Below are positions 49,401 through 62,791 of a stretch of 64,000 bases of DNA, piece by piece. The notes beneath the pieces are model-generated. The model did no database searches, was not told where the DNA came from, and worked only from the letters and a program-made list of their open reading frames with translations. Location: contig NC_135762.1 of NCBI RefSeq assembly GCF_052425735.1, positions 17,050,001-17,114,000 of the forward strand. The letters are read 5' to 3'. Position numbers and translations under genes: made by a program. Source of the stretch: Oculina patagonica (taxonomy: Eukaryota). The stretch's first letter is position 1; each line of letters starts with the position of its first letter.

Positions 49401-52400
49401 AAAAGGCTTCAACGAACCAAGTTAGCCTACATTTTGCTGCCTTGCTAAGTGGAAGGTGGGTGCCTGGGATATCCAGGGGCTTCCACGGTGGCCAGCCAGC
49501 CTCTAGATAGAATACAGCTCCCATAGCTGGCAAATCCCCGCAACCCAGCCATGACTCAACCCCCATTCCATGCCGAAGGGACTCTCCCACCTGACAGTAG
49601 GCTCAGGAAGGAAAGAAGGAAGGGCTCGTGGCTGGAGGAAGCCATGGCCCTGAACTCGCCAAAGTCCCAAGGCACCCAAAGCCCACCCGAGGGAAAAGCA
49701 AGTTGGCTTACCACGCCTATAATGGTGTTGACCAGAGTGTGAATGTACAGCTGCAGCTTGACCATCAACCAAGAGTTTTGATGAGATGATCCAGAACCCC
49801 AGGAGAGGCTGCTGAGGTGGCCACACCAATAGGAAGCTGTGACCGGAAAAACAAACAGGGACTCCGGCGGAAGAGAAAATGGATGTAATGGTTACTGTTA
49901 CGAGAGCTTTTTATCTGTACTTTGTATAGCCATACACTATCAAAATTACTTTGCACATATATATATTACATATCTGTTTTATTTTTCAGATATGGCAACA
50001 ACCAAAGCCAGTTATTAGCTGCCATTGGCACTACAGCGGAGATCTTCTCCATGAAGGAAGAATCAGAAGCAGGAATTACGACACTGAGAATTAAAGCTAC
50101 AGGCAGACAAAGATTTAGAATAAAAGAATTGCGTAGACAAGTCGATGGGTGGGTTTCGAGAAATCTTCATATTTTTGGTGCAAACTTCTATTTGCTGTGG
50201 GGCTTTGTAAACTCCTTAGACTATTTAACATACTATTTAACATATTATTACAGAATCTAAGCCACTGATCCTGCATTGTATTGCATTTGTATTTAAATTA
50301 ATATGGGGGTGCTTGTACAGTGCAGGTGTGCATTGTGATCAGGCCATGTTATTTATTTATTTTATTTATAAATATGTTATAATTATGTTATTTATATGTT
50401 ATTAAACATATTGTAACCATACCGACTGACTAAAAAGAAACAATTTTAAAACCAGTAATTGAAATTAAACTTATCTCTTGGTCCAACTTTTAGGGAACTG
50501 TTGGATTTTACAAAGTATAAGTGTTAACATTTCTATTTTCTTACAGTATCTTACAGGCGACAGTGCATGTTTTACCAGAAGTCAGCCTTCCCTCTCATCC
50601 TGAAGGGGCACTTTGGTCCTGTTATCATAAGTTTGGTTGCCAGGCAACCACAGGTGGCAACCTTGAAAAACCATACCAGGTTTCTTCAGGCAAAAACCGA
50701 CTAGGGAAGACTAAGTACCGGAAGGTGAGCTTCTAAAGTGACAAATACTTAACAGTTCTGGAAGATTTCTGATTTGTATCAGATTCTTCTCAAAAATTAA
50801 AAAAAAAAGATCGGGTTAGAGATTCTGCATATATTAAGCCTGACTTCTTTACTTTGTAATTCCTTGATATTCTTTAACTCTGAATCTTTTTGCCCTTCAA
50901 TTTGTATCAAAGCTCACACTTTTTTAACCATGCCCATCTTACTTGAACTGGCACATAAATGTCGTAACCAGTTACTTTAACTTGCTTTAAGAAAATTGCT
51001 TTATGACAATAAAATCGATAGTAAATAACTTAACAAGTCCTTCATGGCATTTCTCTAGGCACCCACCAGTCTAAGTTCCTGGCCAGGATGGGTGTATGAA
51101 ATGTACAATCCAGTAAGTTGTGATATATACGTAAAGGTAAAAACTTACAGTCTGCATTGGGCAAATGTATCCCATACCACTGGAGCTTATCCCTGTTTCA
51201 ATAGCACGATACAACAAGGAATACTTTAACTCCCCCCGAGGGGAGGGTTAGGGTTATTAAATTCACTGGTACCCATTTATACACCTGGGTGGAGAGACGC
51301 CCTGAAAGAGTACACTGTAACATTGTAACATAATGTAATGACCCCAGGCTAAGGCTTAAACCCGAACTGCTCTAAATCTGGATTCCTGCATTCTAACCAT
51401 TAAGCCACTGCACCTCCCCAATATTCAAGTTATTCCTCCCATATTTTGCCAGGTTCAGTTACATGTGTGTTTATGCCATCTTAGACTAACCAAGTTAATG
51501 ATTTGAGGAAATATCTGTCATTATATCTAGGATCCATTTTAGAATTTTACTAACAGAGGAATTATTTAGCTGCACTGAAGTAATGCACATATCACTTACC
51601 CCAAGCTTAAGGGTACACCCCTGAAATGAAACAGGAAATTGAAAGTTATTTTTGACTTGTCTGTGGTTTGAAAAACCGGGAATGGGGATTTGTAAGAGTG
51701 GTGAACACGCGGAGCTTTAACTTATAGGATTCTTTCATCAAGTATCAGTATATGATGTAGCCTGTTTCAGATGTTCGGTCAGTTGGGGATCCCCGTGAAG
51801 AACGGCAAGTGAAAAAAAAAAGACAAAGGTAAATTGCCTTCTCACCCCAATTCCTTGCCCTTCTTTTCCGCTCACTAATGTTCACGCTAATTCTCACTAA
51901 CCAAACATCTGGAACAAGCTACATCAGCAGCATTGTTGTCGTCATCACCATGTCCTTGTTGCGCCAATTTGTTACGCATTTAAGACCTCAGGGGAAAATT
52001 ATCAATAAGCACAACTCCTGGGAAAGCCAGGTGATAACCATGCGCTTTAAAACTGAATTATCTACTCGAAAATAATGTCCTTATGCAGATGTTTCCCTTG
52101 ACAATTACCTTTCAGTATGTGCTGATGGAGTTGATCAAGAAAGAATTAAAAAGTTGGAGTGAAACTCTGCGGATTGACAACGTCCCTAAAGCACCAATAG
52201 GTTTGTGTGTGCCCCAGCCGCGTGCAGTAACATCAGGCAGTGAGAGACTGGGCCTACATTAGTGAAACCAACACACATGTGGTATACATTGTTGGTAGAG
52301 GACCGTAGAGGTGTTGCTTTGTAAGATGGAAACGGGAGTTGAAGGATAAATTTTGTTATACAGTCGAAGCTCTCTTAACGGACACTCTCGAGGACCTCTC

Positions 52401-55096
52401 TTTTCGNNNNNNNNNNNNNNNNNNNNNNNNNNNNNNNNNNNNNNNNNNNNNNNNNNNNNNNNNNNNNNNNNNNNNNNNNNNNNNNNNNNNNNNNNNNNNN
52501 NNNNNNNNNNNNNNNNNNNNNNNNNNNNNNNNNNNNNNNNNNNNNNNNNTCCCCTTTTTCGGCCCTATTTCCCGTAAAACTTCCTGGTCACAAAATAGTT
52601 AATGGGTACTTAACGCAAGAATTGTCAAAACCAACCAGTCAACTACATGTAGTACAGACGGCACTGCAGTTAAGGGTCAGGCTGTCGGTAAAAAGTGCTC
52701 AAATTGGCGAATAGGTCTTCTCGTACATGAAATGCACTTATAGAACATCAAGATGGAGATATGAAGTAAATTGTCGTTGAAGGAAGAAAGGAGCCATAAG
52801 AACTTAAATGTGCTTTACCAGTCCACAAACACAAAACTTGAAAAATCAGCCTGACCGTTTTCAAGTTAAGATCTACATCCTGATGGCATCACGACAATAT
52901 TTCTTGTTTAACGCTTCAGTACACTTGCATGGTGATTTTTAACAAAATTGGACCATTATTCGTGGATTCCATATGTCTTTCAGTGCTTGAGTGTTTGAAG
53001 TGAAACTGGTGACATTTCCGGGTGACATTGTCCCATTGTGACTTTTAGTGATTGAGATTAATCCATGGAGTCAGGAATTGCCACTCTCTCTGTGACTGCT
53101 AACTTACAATATTTTCGTTTATTTAGACTTCTCGTTTTGGGTAGCAGCTAACATGCCTCTGGATGACAGTCTAAGACTTCAAATATTAGGCATCAATTGT
53201 CCAACTCAGAGATTGCGAAAAGAGCTTGATATCGTGCGCAAGGTATGAGTTTTTACAAGTGTAAACCTCCTGCTTTATGTACAGAACGTTTCCTTTCAAC
53301 TTTGTGTACCACCGTTTCTTACGCATATTCATTTTTTCTTGATTTCGCCATTTTTATGTTCTCTTTCCATACCAAGTCTTCTAATTTTATTCTTTTCTCA
53401 CTCAGTTCTTGTAATATTTAAAAACTAGTCCTTCCAAAGCCTCACAGGCTCTCACTATTGTAACACTTATCAGAGCTTTTCTCTTTTTTAACTTTACAGT
53501 GCACTGTATTGTGTTGCCGCAGTTGTGACACGAAGATCGTGGATAAAAACGATTTGTTCAGGTAAAATGTTATCTGTTAAGCTGGATAACTAATTCTCAG
53601 TATATAGTCTGTTTAAACGTTCCTGAGTTCTCTCTGCCAATTTGATTTTGCAGTTTGACCTTGTCCAAATTTTAAAACATTGGATAAAACCAACCGAGAG
53701 AACCTTGATTTTTCGAACTTCCAAGAAAAAAGAAAACTGGTTCGAGAAATTGGGGGGTAAAATATTGCAGTGTTTGACTGAGTGGGGCAAATCCAAGGGA
53801 AACAACTTTTGGTTTGAATTAACGGGAGGTTCGAGTAATGGATGTTACTGTAATAGCTAAATATAAAACTGAATTCAAAATTGACGCTCATCCGTGCTTA
53901 ACTATGAATGCAGTAATTAAAGCTAGTGGCAGAGTCGGGACCTCCAAATTCTCATAACTCGTTTTAAAACAAACGTAACGAAACCTGTAAGGAGAATTAC
54001 CATGTGGAATGTATTCCTCTTCAGCATGTCACTTGATGGACCGTTAGGTGCGTACGTGAACCCCCATGGCTGGGTTCATGAGGCACTCACTTTTTATCGA
54101 GCTACGGGCATCAAACTGAGAGGCAAACCCACTGCAGAGAATAGTTGGTTCCCTGGGTAAGTGACTTTACCACATGTAGTGCCCACGTCTCTAGATTTAA
54201 CCTGTAGTCAATTTTCTGTAAAATCGCGCAGATATCGCCTAATGCTTGGTTTGTGTAGCATTTAGCCTCGTTCTAAGACGCTCTTTGGGATGATGATGCA
54301 TTCTGTTAAATTTACAGCGATCTTACTGTAACATCTACATGCTTTGAAACAATCAGGCACCTTGCATATAACGAACATTTTACGCGATATACGAGCATCG
54401 CATATGACGAACCAAATATGAGGAACCGAGTTCCCCAACCCGAGCATTGGCCTATTGAAAACATTGCTTGTTTCCCAAGTGTATCAGATTGCCTATTCGC
54501 ATTCTTCGACAACAAATATTTCCCGTCAAGGAAGCTGTGTCCAGTCATGGGTGTGATAGAAAGTTGTTCATTTGTTCAGTCTCTTAGTAAGTCATTACGT
54601 CAGTTTGTCGGTCTGTCTCTCAGTCAGTCAGACAGTCAGTCTGAGTCGTTAACAAATCTGCGAAATTAGCAGTAAAATTTATATACTGATACTGAGTCTG
54701 AATTGCAGGCGCACAATATGTTGCTTTTTAAATCAAGGACAATCAAGTCAAAAGTTTTAGTGCCAAACTGATCCATAGCAATGATTGATAGTTCATTAAA
54801 CTACAGTGTTGTTGACCTGGCATTATAAGGAAGAATACGTTCGTACTCCGAGCCGCTTATGGACACAATTTGTTTCCATTGTTATAAGGTATGCCTGGAC
54901 CATAGCGGAGTGTGCGCAGTGTTCTGACCACCTAGGATGGCGTTTTACTGCGGTCAAGAGAGGTCTGTCACCAAGTAAGTTCTGGGGTCTCACACGGGCA
55001 TCACTCAGACCCACCTTACTCTATGATGAGGATGACGACACTGAAGAGAGACGCAGAAGGACATCGTCTACTTCATCGACTTCATCGTCACCGTGA
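46469..55096 (+). CDS. CRBN: Cereblon (CRL4-DDB1 substrate receptor), 12 exons, 461 aa
   Basis: Exons 46469-46577, 47888-47967, 48751-48891, 49160-49221, 49990-50148, 50547-50724, 51059-51112, 52116-52200, 53127-53242, 53500-53561, 54025-54156 and 54889-55096 (1,386 nt, in frame). LON domain PGQTLPL/GTTAEI/GRQRF; CULT domain CxxC, YVNPHG, SWFPGYAW, CxxC..HLGWRF, KFWGLTR. Confidence 0.97.
47522..47687. mobile_element. MITE with CATACCTGCCAAC TIRs
   Basis: catacctgccaac ... gttggcaggtatg; flanks cagttt / caattt. Confidence 0.75.
51132..51419 (-). mobile_element. tRNA-derived SINE
   Basis: Same family as 39,720-39,999; head ggggaggtgcagtggcttaatgg. Confidence 0.8.
52407..52549. other. Assembly gap (N run) in CRBN intron 8
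   Basis: Run of n, adjacent to a pogo-like MITE end (tacagtcgaagctc). Confidence 1.
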
Positions 55097-55360
55097 TGTC
55101 CACCCAGTGGTTTGCAAGTAGTGTATGTAGGACTCTGAACACCAGAAGGACTCAGCTGCGAGTAAAGTAACCGGCGAGTAAAATAACCTGCTCGTGAAAT
55201 GAATCGAGATATCGAGTTCGCTGGCACAGTTACGTGCTGGAACTGTTAATCTCAATACGCCTCGTTAAGAAGAGTTAAGTAATAACAGTACAATGTATAA
55301 TTGCACAATCGTTTTCGTGGACAGAGATAACGACAAAATCTGAAAAGATGTGCACAATGA

Positions 55361-55366
55361 AATAAA
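55361..55366 (+). terminator. Candidate CRBN polyadenylation signal
   Basis: AATAAA about 265 bp after the stop codon. Confidence 0.5.
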
Positions 55367-55836
55367 GAGCAATCTGATGGTGGACTAAGGTTTGGCGTTG
55401 ACCCATACTGGATCGCACAATTATCTTCGAACTCCTGACAGAACAGAAGAGAAAGGTGGAGTCAGGTCACAAAAGACAATTGCTTGGATTTTTTTTTACT
55501 TAAACAATGTAGTATTTTGTCTCCAAATTCTTTTGTTGGATTATGCTTGCTGTACGCGAGCCTTTTAAAAATTGACTTAACAGACTACGTGTAACGGAGT
55601 GCAAGGTTCTAAGTTATACTTTTGAATGGTGTTATAAAAGTAGGTAGCCTACAGTGCATGTACAGTTACATTGTAACATTTCTTTTATCATTGCACACGT
55701 ATAGGATAGGGTCATTGCGATGGCCTATTAAATGCCCGGGGGATATTCAACCATAGTTTATACGGGGAGGCTCTGCTCTCTTTTCCATACTTCAAATCTG
55801 AAATCCCAACCCTTTTATATACCTCCAGCCTGGTAA

Positions 55837-56192
55837 ACGGTTCTACCTAAGGGCAGAGCCTTGCTGTATAGGCCACTACAGGTAGCCCCTCCTGGTTCCT
55901 GCTTTTTACGGTTCTCCCTAAGGGCGGAGCCTTGCTGTATAGGCTACTACAGGTAGCCCCCTCCTGGTTCCTGCTTTTTACGGTTCTCCCTAAGGGCGGA
56001 GCCTTGCTGTATAGGCTACTACAGGTAGCCCCCTCCTGGTTCTTGCTTTTTACGGTTCTCCCTAAGGGCGGAGCGTTGCTGTATAGGCTACTATAGGTAG
56101 CCCCCTCCTGGTTCCTGCTTTTTACGGTTCTCCCTAAGGGCGGAGCCTTGCTGTATAGGCTACTATAGGTAGCCCCCTCCTGGTTCCTGCTT
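55837..56192. repeat. 72-bp minisatellite, about 5 copies
   Basis: ttgctgtata recurs at 55,861, 55,932, 56,004, 56,076 and 56,148. Confidence 0.95.
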
Positions 56193-56576
56193 ACTCCAGA
56201 TCGAGAGTTTTTTTGTAATTTATTTATTCCATTCCAAAATTACAAAGATAAGTATAAAGCAACAAGTAGAAGAAGAGAAATGGAAAAGGGCAAAATATAG
56301 CTAGCAAAATTGATGCCCTTGTTTAAATAACAATAATAATTTAGGATTAAAAAAAGTTAACTTGACACCGGGGAGGAAGAGGTATGATCGAGAGTTTTGG
56401 GGAATTTGGGGGCCACTCGTCAAAATGCTGCGGGTAACCTTCAATACGCCAAGCCGCTTCATACACTGAGTTTGAGTAAAGCGCCAACCTTTTTAAGCTG
56501 TACTTTTACTTTTTTTAACCACGAACTTAATTCTATTCCAACCTCGCACGGCGGTCTTCTGTAGCCCATTTTGAAC

Positions 56577-56823
56577 TACAACCATCGTCAGAAGTGTTGG
56601 CACGATTACCAAAATAATTCCTTGTCTCCCCCCTCCCCTTCACAATGTTGAGCTCCCGAACATATTGCACAGACAATCCTTAGCCGCAATGGGTACAACA
56701 TTGAAAGGGGGAGGGGGACCTTGTAAAATGTTTGCATGTGTCATTGAGAAAGTTTGAGCGTCAAGTATCTGCATTTTTATCTTTTTAGCGTAAGCGTTCC
56801 AACTACTTCTGTCTATGGTTGTA
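56577..56823. mobile_element. Palindromic MITE
   Basis: tacaaccatcgtcagaagt / acttctgtctatggttgta TIRs, plus an internal inverted repeat cccctcccc..aatgttg / caacatt..ggggagggg. Confidence 0.7.
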
Positions 56824-59140
56824 GTCGTTTTTGCTTGTAGAATATATATTTATTTGTTCCTAACCAAGTATGGGTGAGTTACGTCAGTCCTTTCGGAAAA
56901 GCAGACGATTAGTGAATTTCAAAAGGTGTTTTACTGTAAAGGGTAGCCGTCTGGGATTCACTTTGTTTAGACAAAGATAAAACCAGACAAAGTTAAAATG
57001 TTAAGGATTTATAGTTAATTATTACAGATGTGCTGTGTGACTGCAAAAGGGCAAAGCAAATTTTACATGATGTAAGTAACTAATAAAAAATAACAAAAAT
57101 AAATATCACGATTCCTATTTACTTGTTCTTTGTTTGTTTATTTGTTTATTTTGTTCGTTTTATGTGTTACTCTCCCTTTTTGATGTATACACTTAAATCA
57201 CGATTTGGGGTGAATTTTTTCTTGATTCCTGGCAACATTCACTACTATAGACGCGTTTGTACTTTGTAAATTTACATGGTCAGTCAGCTTTACTGATCAA
57301 TACTTATTAGCAGTGATGGATTTGTGGATGTGTTGTTCTGTATCAAGCGAACCAAAGCCATTATGTAATCAGAGGTTTAACAGAAGTGTTTGTTGTAGCA
57401 TGGTTTTCGATTTACTATCCAGGTGATGATGTGTTTATTTCGGTTGTACTTTTCTTAAAATGTCGAACTGGCAGCTCTAACTAATCACAGAAAACATTTT
57501 GCCATATTATTTTCTTGAATCCAATCAAAAGCACAAACGTTTTCCCGAGCCTTCATAGAGCCCTTGGCACTGCTTGCGTGTTTACCCTTCGCGTTTTGAT
57601 TGATTTTTCTGATGATCTGGTGTGATTTACTGCAATCATAAGAAACCGGGTAAAAGTTTGTCAGAATTTTGGGAAATGTCAGAAAATTGTGGCGGTTTTT
57701 TATTGGTCATTCTGTTCCGAGGTGTAGTGTGCAACAGGATAGCATAAGAAATGAACAGTTTTGAGAGAGGTGGGGAGTACGTGTTAGTTTAAAGTCGACG
57801 ACACGTCATCCAATCATCAAAATTTTATTATCTATCACAAGAATGTGTTTACTTAGACTACATGAATGATTTCAACGGTAAAATACTTTTCTATAGCAAT
57901 ACGTATATTCATAAAAATAGCAGTATGCATAACATACACCTTTCTAAGTACTTTAAACATTACATCATTTCTAGTATTAATTGGTAACAGAACTCGGGGG
58001 TCTAAACACTCTCGTATCGGGGGTTCGAGGTTACACGGGTAAATTACTCTCTTAGATGGCGTGTACTGGTTTTTAATGCTGTTATTATTATTTTCTTCAC
58101 AGCAGCTTTATTGAAAGTTTTACCCGATTCATGAGTGGGATAAAAATCCTTTCTGATGTAAGGTCGGGTAACAAATAAAGGCAAATAGGCAAAGAAAACT
58201 AAATATCAGTGGTAATCAAATAAAGTACCAAACGTCCCGTGTTGTGTTGTCCCGTCCCGTCTCTCCACTCCCCAGCCTCATAAAGTAATTCGTTACCAAT
58301 TTACCGAGTTTCAACTGACTTTCCCATATACTTAAAAAATCCATGGTATCAGAGTGCAAACTCTCCTTAGTGGTCTCCATATATTTGATACAGTATCCGT
58401 TGGGAGAATTTCACAGTATGCCTTCCATGATTAGTTCCTGTTCAATTGTCATAGCCCGCATGACATTTCCCATTGATATTTTAAGATTAAATTAGAATCT
58501 AATCACTGGATGGTTATAACCGATATAGCGTTATATGGAACGTAATAATTATTAATTATATTTTTATCGTCATAAAATACTTACCTCACTAATATAAATC
58601 CTTTTGTTACAATAGAATTCTTAGTCGAAACATTTTTTGACGTTGTTTAGAAAACCTAGCCCGTACTCTCGGCTATGGATGAAATCCTGGCTTTAGTTTT
58701 TATTTAGCGAAAATGACCTTTATTAAGGACCTATTTTATTATAAGTATTTCATTAGTAAACTTTGTCTTACACAGTCGTTACTGAGGGATTCTGTTGTTG
58801 ATACCTTTACTTAACAGGAATGTAACTTAATTTTTTAATTGGAGAGTGTTCAGTAGAAAGTAGAATGGCAAATTATAACTCATCCACTGACTTATTGAAC
58901 CCGATCAGCGGACTTTCCAAAACTACGGCTTAATTTTCACTTTGTGAAATGTTAAACCCGACAAAATCCACGCACGCTTCGTTTTCTTTGCAAAAAAGAA
59001 GAATATTTCGGTAAAGAGAATTCACTTGAGTCCAGCTCTCTTGTGCATCACGTGACTTACTCAACCTAGTTTTTTAATAACCTGAAAACGAGGTTACTAT
59101 ACTGCACAATGTGTATTAAACCTTACGTACAGTGGGAAGA

Positions 59141-59358
59141 TTAAGCATGACGTTTATTTTTCCCGCGAACGGCAAAAGTTCAACTTCTGCCGTCTGCTGT
59201 TTGGCGTTCGTTCGCAGAAATGAGTAGTTTTGTATTTGTCGTGAATGTGGAATTTTTTTTCCTATTTTTATGAGGGATTGATTTAAGAATTCGATAAAAA
59301 GGTAACAAAATGAAAGGCAAGCTCGTGTTTGCCATTAGCCGTATAACGTCATGCTTAA
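59141..59358. mobile_element. MITE-like inverted repeat
   Basis: ttaagcatgacgtt / aacgtcatgcttaa, a perfect 14-bp inverted repeat. Confidence 0.65.
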
Positions 59359-59561
59359 TTTCTCTAGTTTCTTGAAGAAAAAAACGATAGATCTAGTAAA
59401 ATATTCATATCTCATGTACAAAAAATCAAATAGTGAAATTTAATCTTGAGGTTAATCCTGAGAGTAACTTGCAATACGAACATTTTCGAGACCTCTGTAA
59501 AAAAATGTTATTATCCTCAAAACATGTACTTGGTAGTTGTCGCTGCATACTTTTTTTATGG

Positions 59562-62500
59562 TCACACGTCGACGTGTTCCTTTGTTCGTGGATAGCGAAA
59601 GTGATACATGTTATTTCTTGTGGGTGGTAAAGGACTTGTACTGGAAGACGACTCAGAAGAATGTCTGTTTAACACCTTTATCGAGTCGCGAACGTCTCTA
59701 AGATCAGTTTTCATTTTGCGGTAAATTTGATCCAAAGCATTCTCCAGTGATTCTACCTTGCCATGCAGAGCGTCAACAGGCATGTCACCTCGGTCTATAG
59801 GGTCACTTTCTAACCTTGATCGGAAGGTTGGAGACACGACGCGACTGTTCTCACCCAACTCGTGTAATTTGCAATGTGGCAAGTGATTACTGTGACTATT
59901 TGGGTACTTGTCTACCTGATTGTACGTTAGTGAGAGATGTTGAAGTTGGCCCAAGTTAGGCTGGCTGTCCTGCGAGTTAGGAGATGTGGGCCTCTGGGTT
60001 TGCCCATTGTTTGAAGGCCGCCATGAGTCAACTAGCCCTGCCTGTACTTTTCTGTTTTTATCCTTTTGGGGAGGTTCCACAGTTAGTTTCGCGGGTTGTT
60101 CCTGTGAACAATGAGAACAAAAATAGAGAATAGCTTAAGACGGAATCCATCAGGAAATCGAGAAATATTAATTCTAGTTGGACAAAAATCGAGTACCAGA
60201 ATAATTTAAATCTTTACATTCTACCCTTTTTAAAGATGTGAGTAATTAACCGTGATAACACCAATAACTTACCAGAGCCTGAGAGAATGAATTTCAAAGT
60301 TCACAAGAACCATGTAAACTATAGGTAAAATCTCACGTGAGCTATATATATCAGTGATTCAGTGGAACTTCGAAAATTGTTTTCGATGTTTGGTGTTGTT
60401 AGAAATGATTTCTTCGATAAGATATTTGAAACAGTGACACAGTAAATAATTTTGGTACTTAATTTTGTACAATTAATACTCGAAGTCCTGGCGAATTTTA
60501 TCTTAAGCATTCCTTTACTGTGTAAAATTGATGTACTTCTATTGGCCATGTCAGGAAACAAACGGGGTCACTTACTTCGAAAATAGTCGGCGGTGAGCCA
60601 AGGCTTTTTAATGAGCTCCGGCTGATGCGTCGTCCGCCATTTTGTTTCTGAAGCAAATGTTCCACGTTACCCACGCTTCTCGAGACATCAGTCAGCAACA
60701 TGGCAATGTCATCGTTTAGAAAGAACTTCTTCCAGTAATCATCTGTTAAAAGAATATGTGTAACAAAAAAATAATAAACAAAAATTACTGAATATCATGA
60801 TAAAATAAAATTCGTATAAAAAAGGCAATCATGTACTAATTTAAAAACCTTTAAAAACTACAATAGAAATTACAAGTAAAAATCTTCCAACGCTTACCTA
60901 AATAAAACTCTTGAAAATATTTTCAGTGTGTTTTAAAAATTTCAACATTTTCAGTGTGTTTTGTTTTCTCCTCAAAAATAAATTTCATTAGTTTGTTTCA
61001 TGGTGTGTTTGTTTGTTTAAATGGTAACCCATCAAACCTCCAAATGACCAAAACCAGTCGCACCATGCTCCTATTCGGCCGACAATTATATTTTTGGGGG
61101 ATTATTGTGGGTATCTTGGTTAAACTCTGGGCTGGGTGGTTTTGTTCAACGACAGAAAATAGAAAATAGAAATCAGTTTTTCTTGGCCCTCAAGCTGCTA
61201 CACGTACCTCGTGACCAGCTTCTCCGTACCATCCTCCAGCGTCGAATGCGTTCCGACAGTTTGTGTTGAAGCAATCTTAGTTTCTGTGATTTTAACCAGT
61301 CATCCAACATCAGTGCATCCGCGTTCTCCATTATAAAGTGATGTAATCTCCACGTGCTCTGGATGCAGGTAGCAGCCAAGTTCTTTTTCTCTGACAGGTG
61401 TTCTACAAAGAATGTCAAAGAGTTGATTAATTTACTCTCAAATAAACCTATTTGATCAAATTTCTATTAAGCGTCTTTTGAATTTCTTGACTTCACACAA
61501 GTAATATACTGTCACGTATTCAACGCGTGATTGGTCGGGCTTGGATTGAAAAGCGCGGGAAATTGTTGGCGCGAGTTGTCTGACAGCCTGCGAGTGTTTT
61601 CCGTCAGCGTATTTGAGTCTGCGTAGTGTTTTTATAAAGCTTCTGCAGCTCCTGGCTTCTGTTGTTATTCTTTTCTTCAAAACCGTAAGAAACCAGTTTA
61701 TTTAAATATTTGGTATGAAAGCCGGATTCTCTACAATTTCCCTAGAAGAAGTAGCGAAGAATGTCGCCGTAACTAAATGTGAGTCCGTGTCACTGTGCAC
61801 TCTGTAATCAGGTGAGAACTTCATATGCTTCGCAGTAATCAGTGTGGTATAAAATTATTTCTAGCGGCAACTAAATACGTAACCTGAATATATTGCAGCT
61901 TTAAATAGTGTCAGCCCATTGGCCTGAAACTTTGTAATATTTGTAATATGATGTTAGCTATATATAAATTTATTTATTTATCTCTGAATGACTTGTATTC
62001 TAGCCCTGAGGTTCTAACGACTGGAAGAAACAAGATATTACTGAACACGATTCTCACATCAACTGGTAAGTTATAAAACAGTGTTGGTGTTTAGACAGTT
62101 TACTCTTAACAACAGCATTTCATGAAGCTTAGACATTCCCTCGATTCTTCTAGTTATTTACCCGAGTAAACTCAAAAGTAAGGAGTGAAAATATACGCGG
62201 GTTTTTTTAATCGTGATTTATACAATGCTTCATATGAGTGCTCTCGTGTCTCAGTCGTTCTCGACTCAGTCTAGCGTTCTTGTAGTTTAGGACCGAACAT
62301 GCGCACACAGATGACCACTAGAGTCGCGAATCCTGCAGCGAACCCCTATTTGCTACGAAAGTTTTTACAGCAAAATATTCTAACAGAAAAGGAAAGAAAA
62401 AGACCTAAAAGAGAATATTTGCAAGTCGATCCTCAGATGAGAACAATTCTTGGGGTGATATAAAGGTATTCATAACCTACTACTTCGTTTGCATTTGCAA

Positions 62501-62791
62501 CTCTGTTGTCGACCAGTTTTACAAATAAATAAAACTCGCGAAAGAAAGGTTAAATATATGAGACAAAGTGTCATATTAGGGAAGTATACCTGCGTTCTCC
62601 ATGGTTGCTAGAATTCTTTTCTCTTGTTGTTTGAGTTGAAGTGCTTCATGTACGACACTAATGAAAAGTGCCATCAGGAATATTCCCAACACTGACGCAA
62701 ACCCAACGAAGGCTCGGGCCAATAGAGCTTTCGGAACAACATCACCAAACCCAAGCGTTGTCATGGTGACAACAAGCATCCATACTGTGTC
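59562..62791 (-). CDS. SK/KCNN-like calcium-activated potassium channel, last four exons (5' part not found in the window)
   Basis: Exons 62791-62590, 61402-61208, 60742-60576 and 60101-59562 splice in frame. Pore WMLVVTMTTLGFGDVVP plus S6, ..LQLKQQEKRI, calmodulin-binding-like KNLAATCIQSTWR, C-terminal coiled coil. Confidence 0.8.

Noticed and set aside
49355-49930. GC-richer block in CRBN intron 4 as an exon or RNA gene
   Set aside because: The CRBN frame is complete without it. It may be a LINE 5' UTR fragment but I cannot support a call.
55837-56192. CRISPR-like array
   Set aside because: Whole units repeat with no variable spacers; this is a minisatellite.
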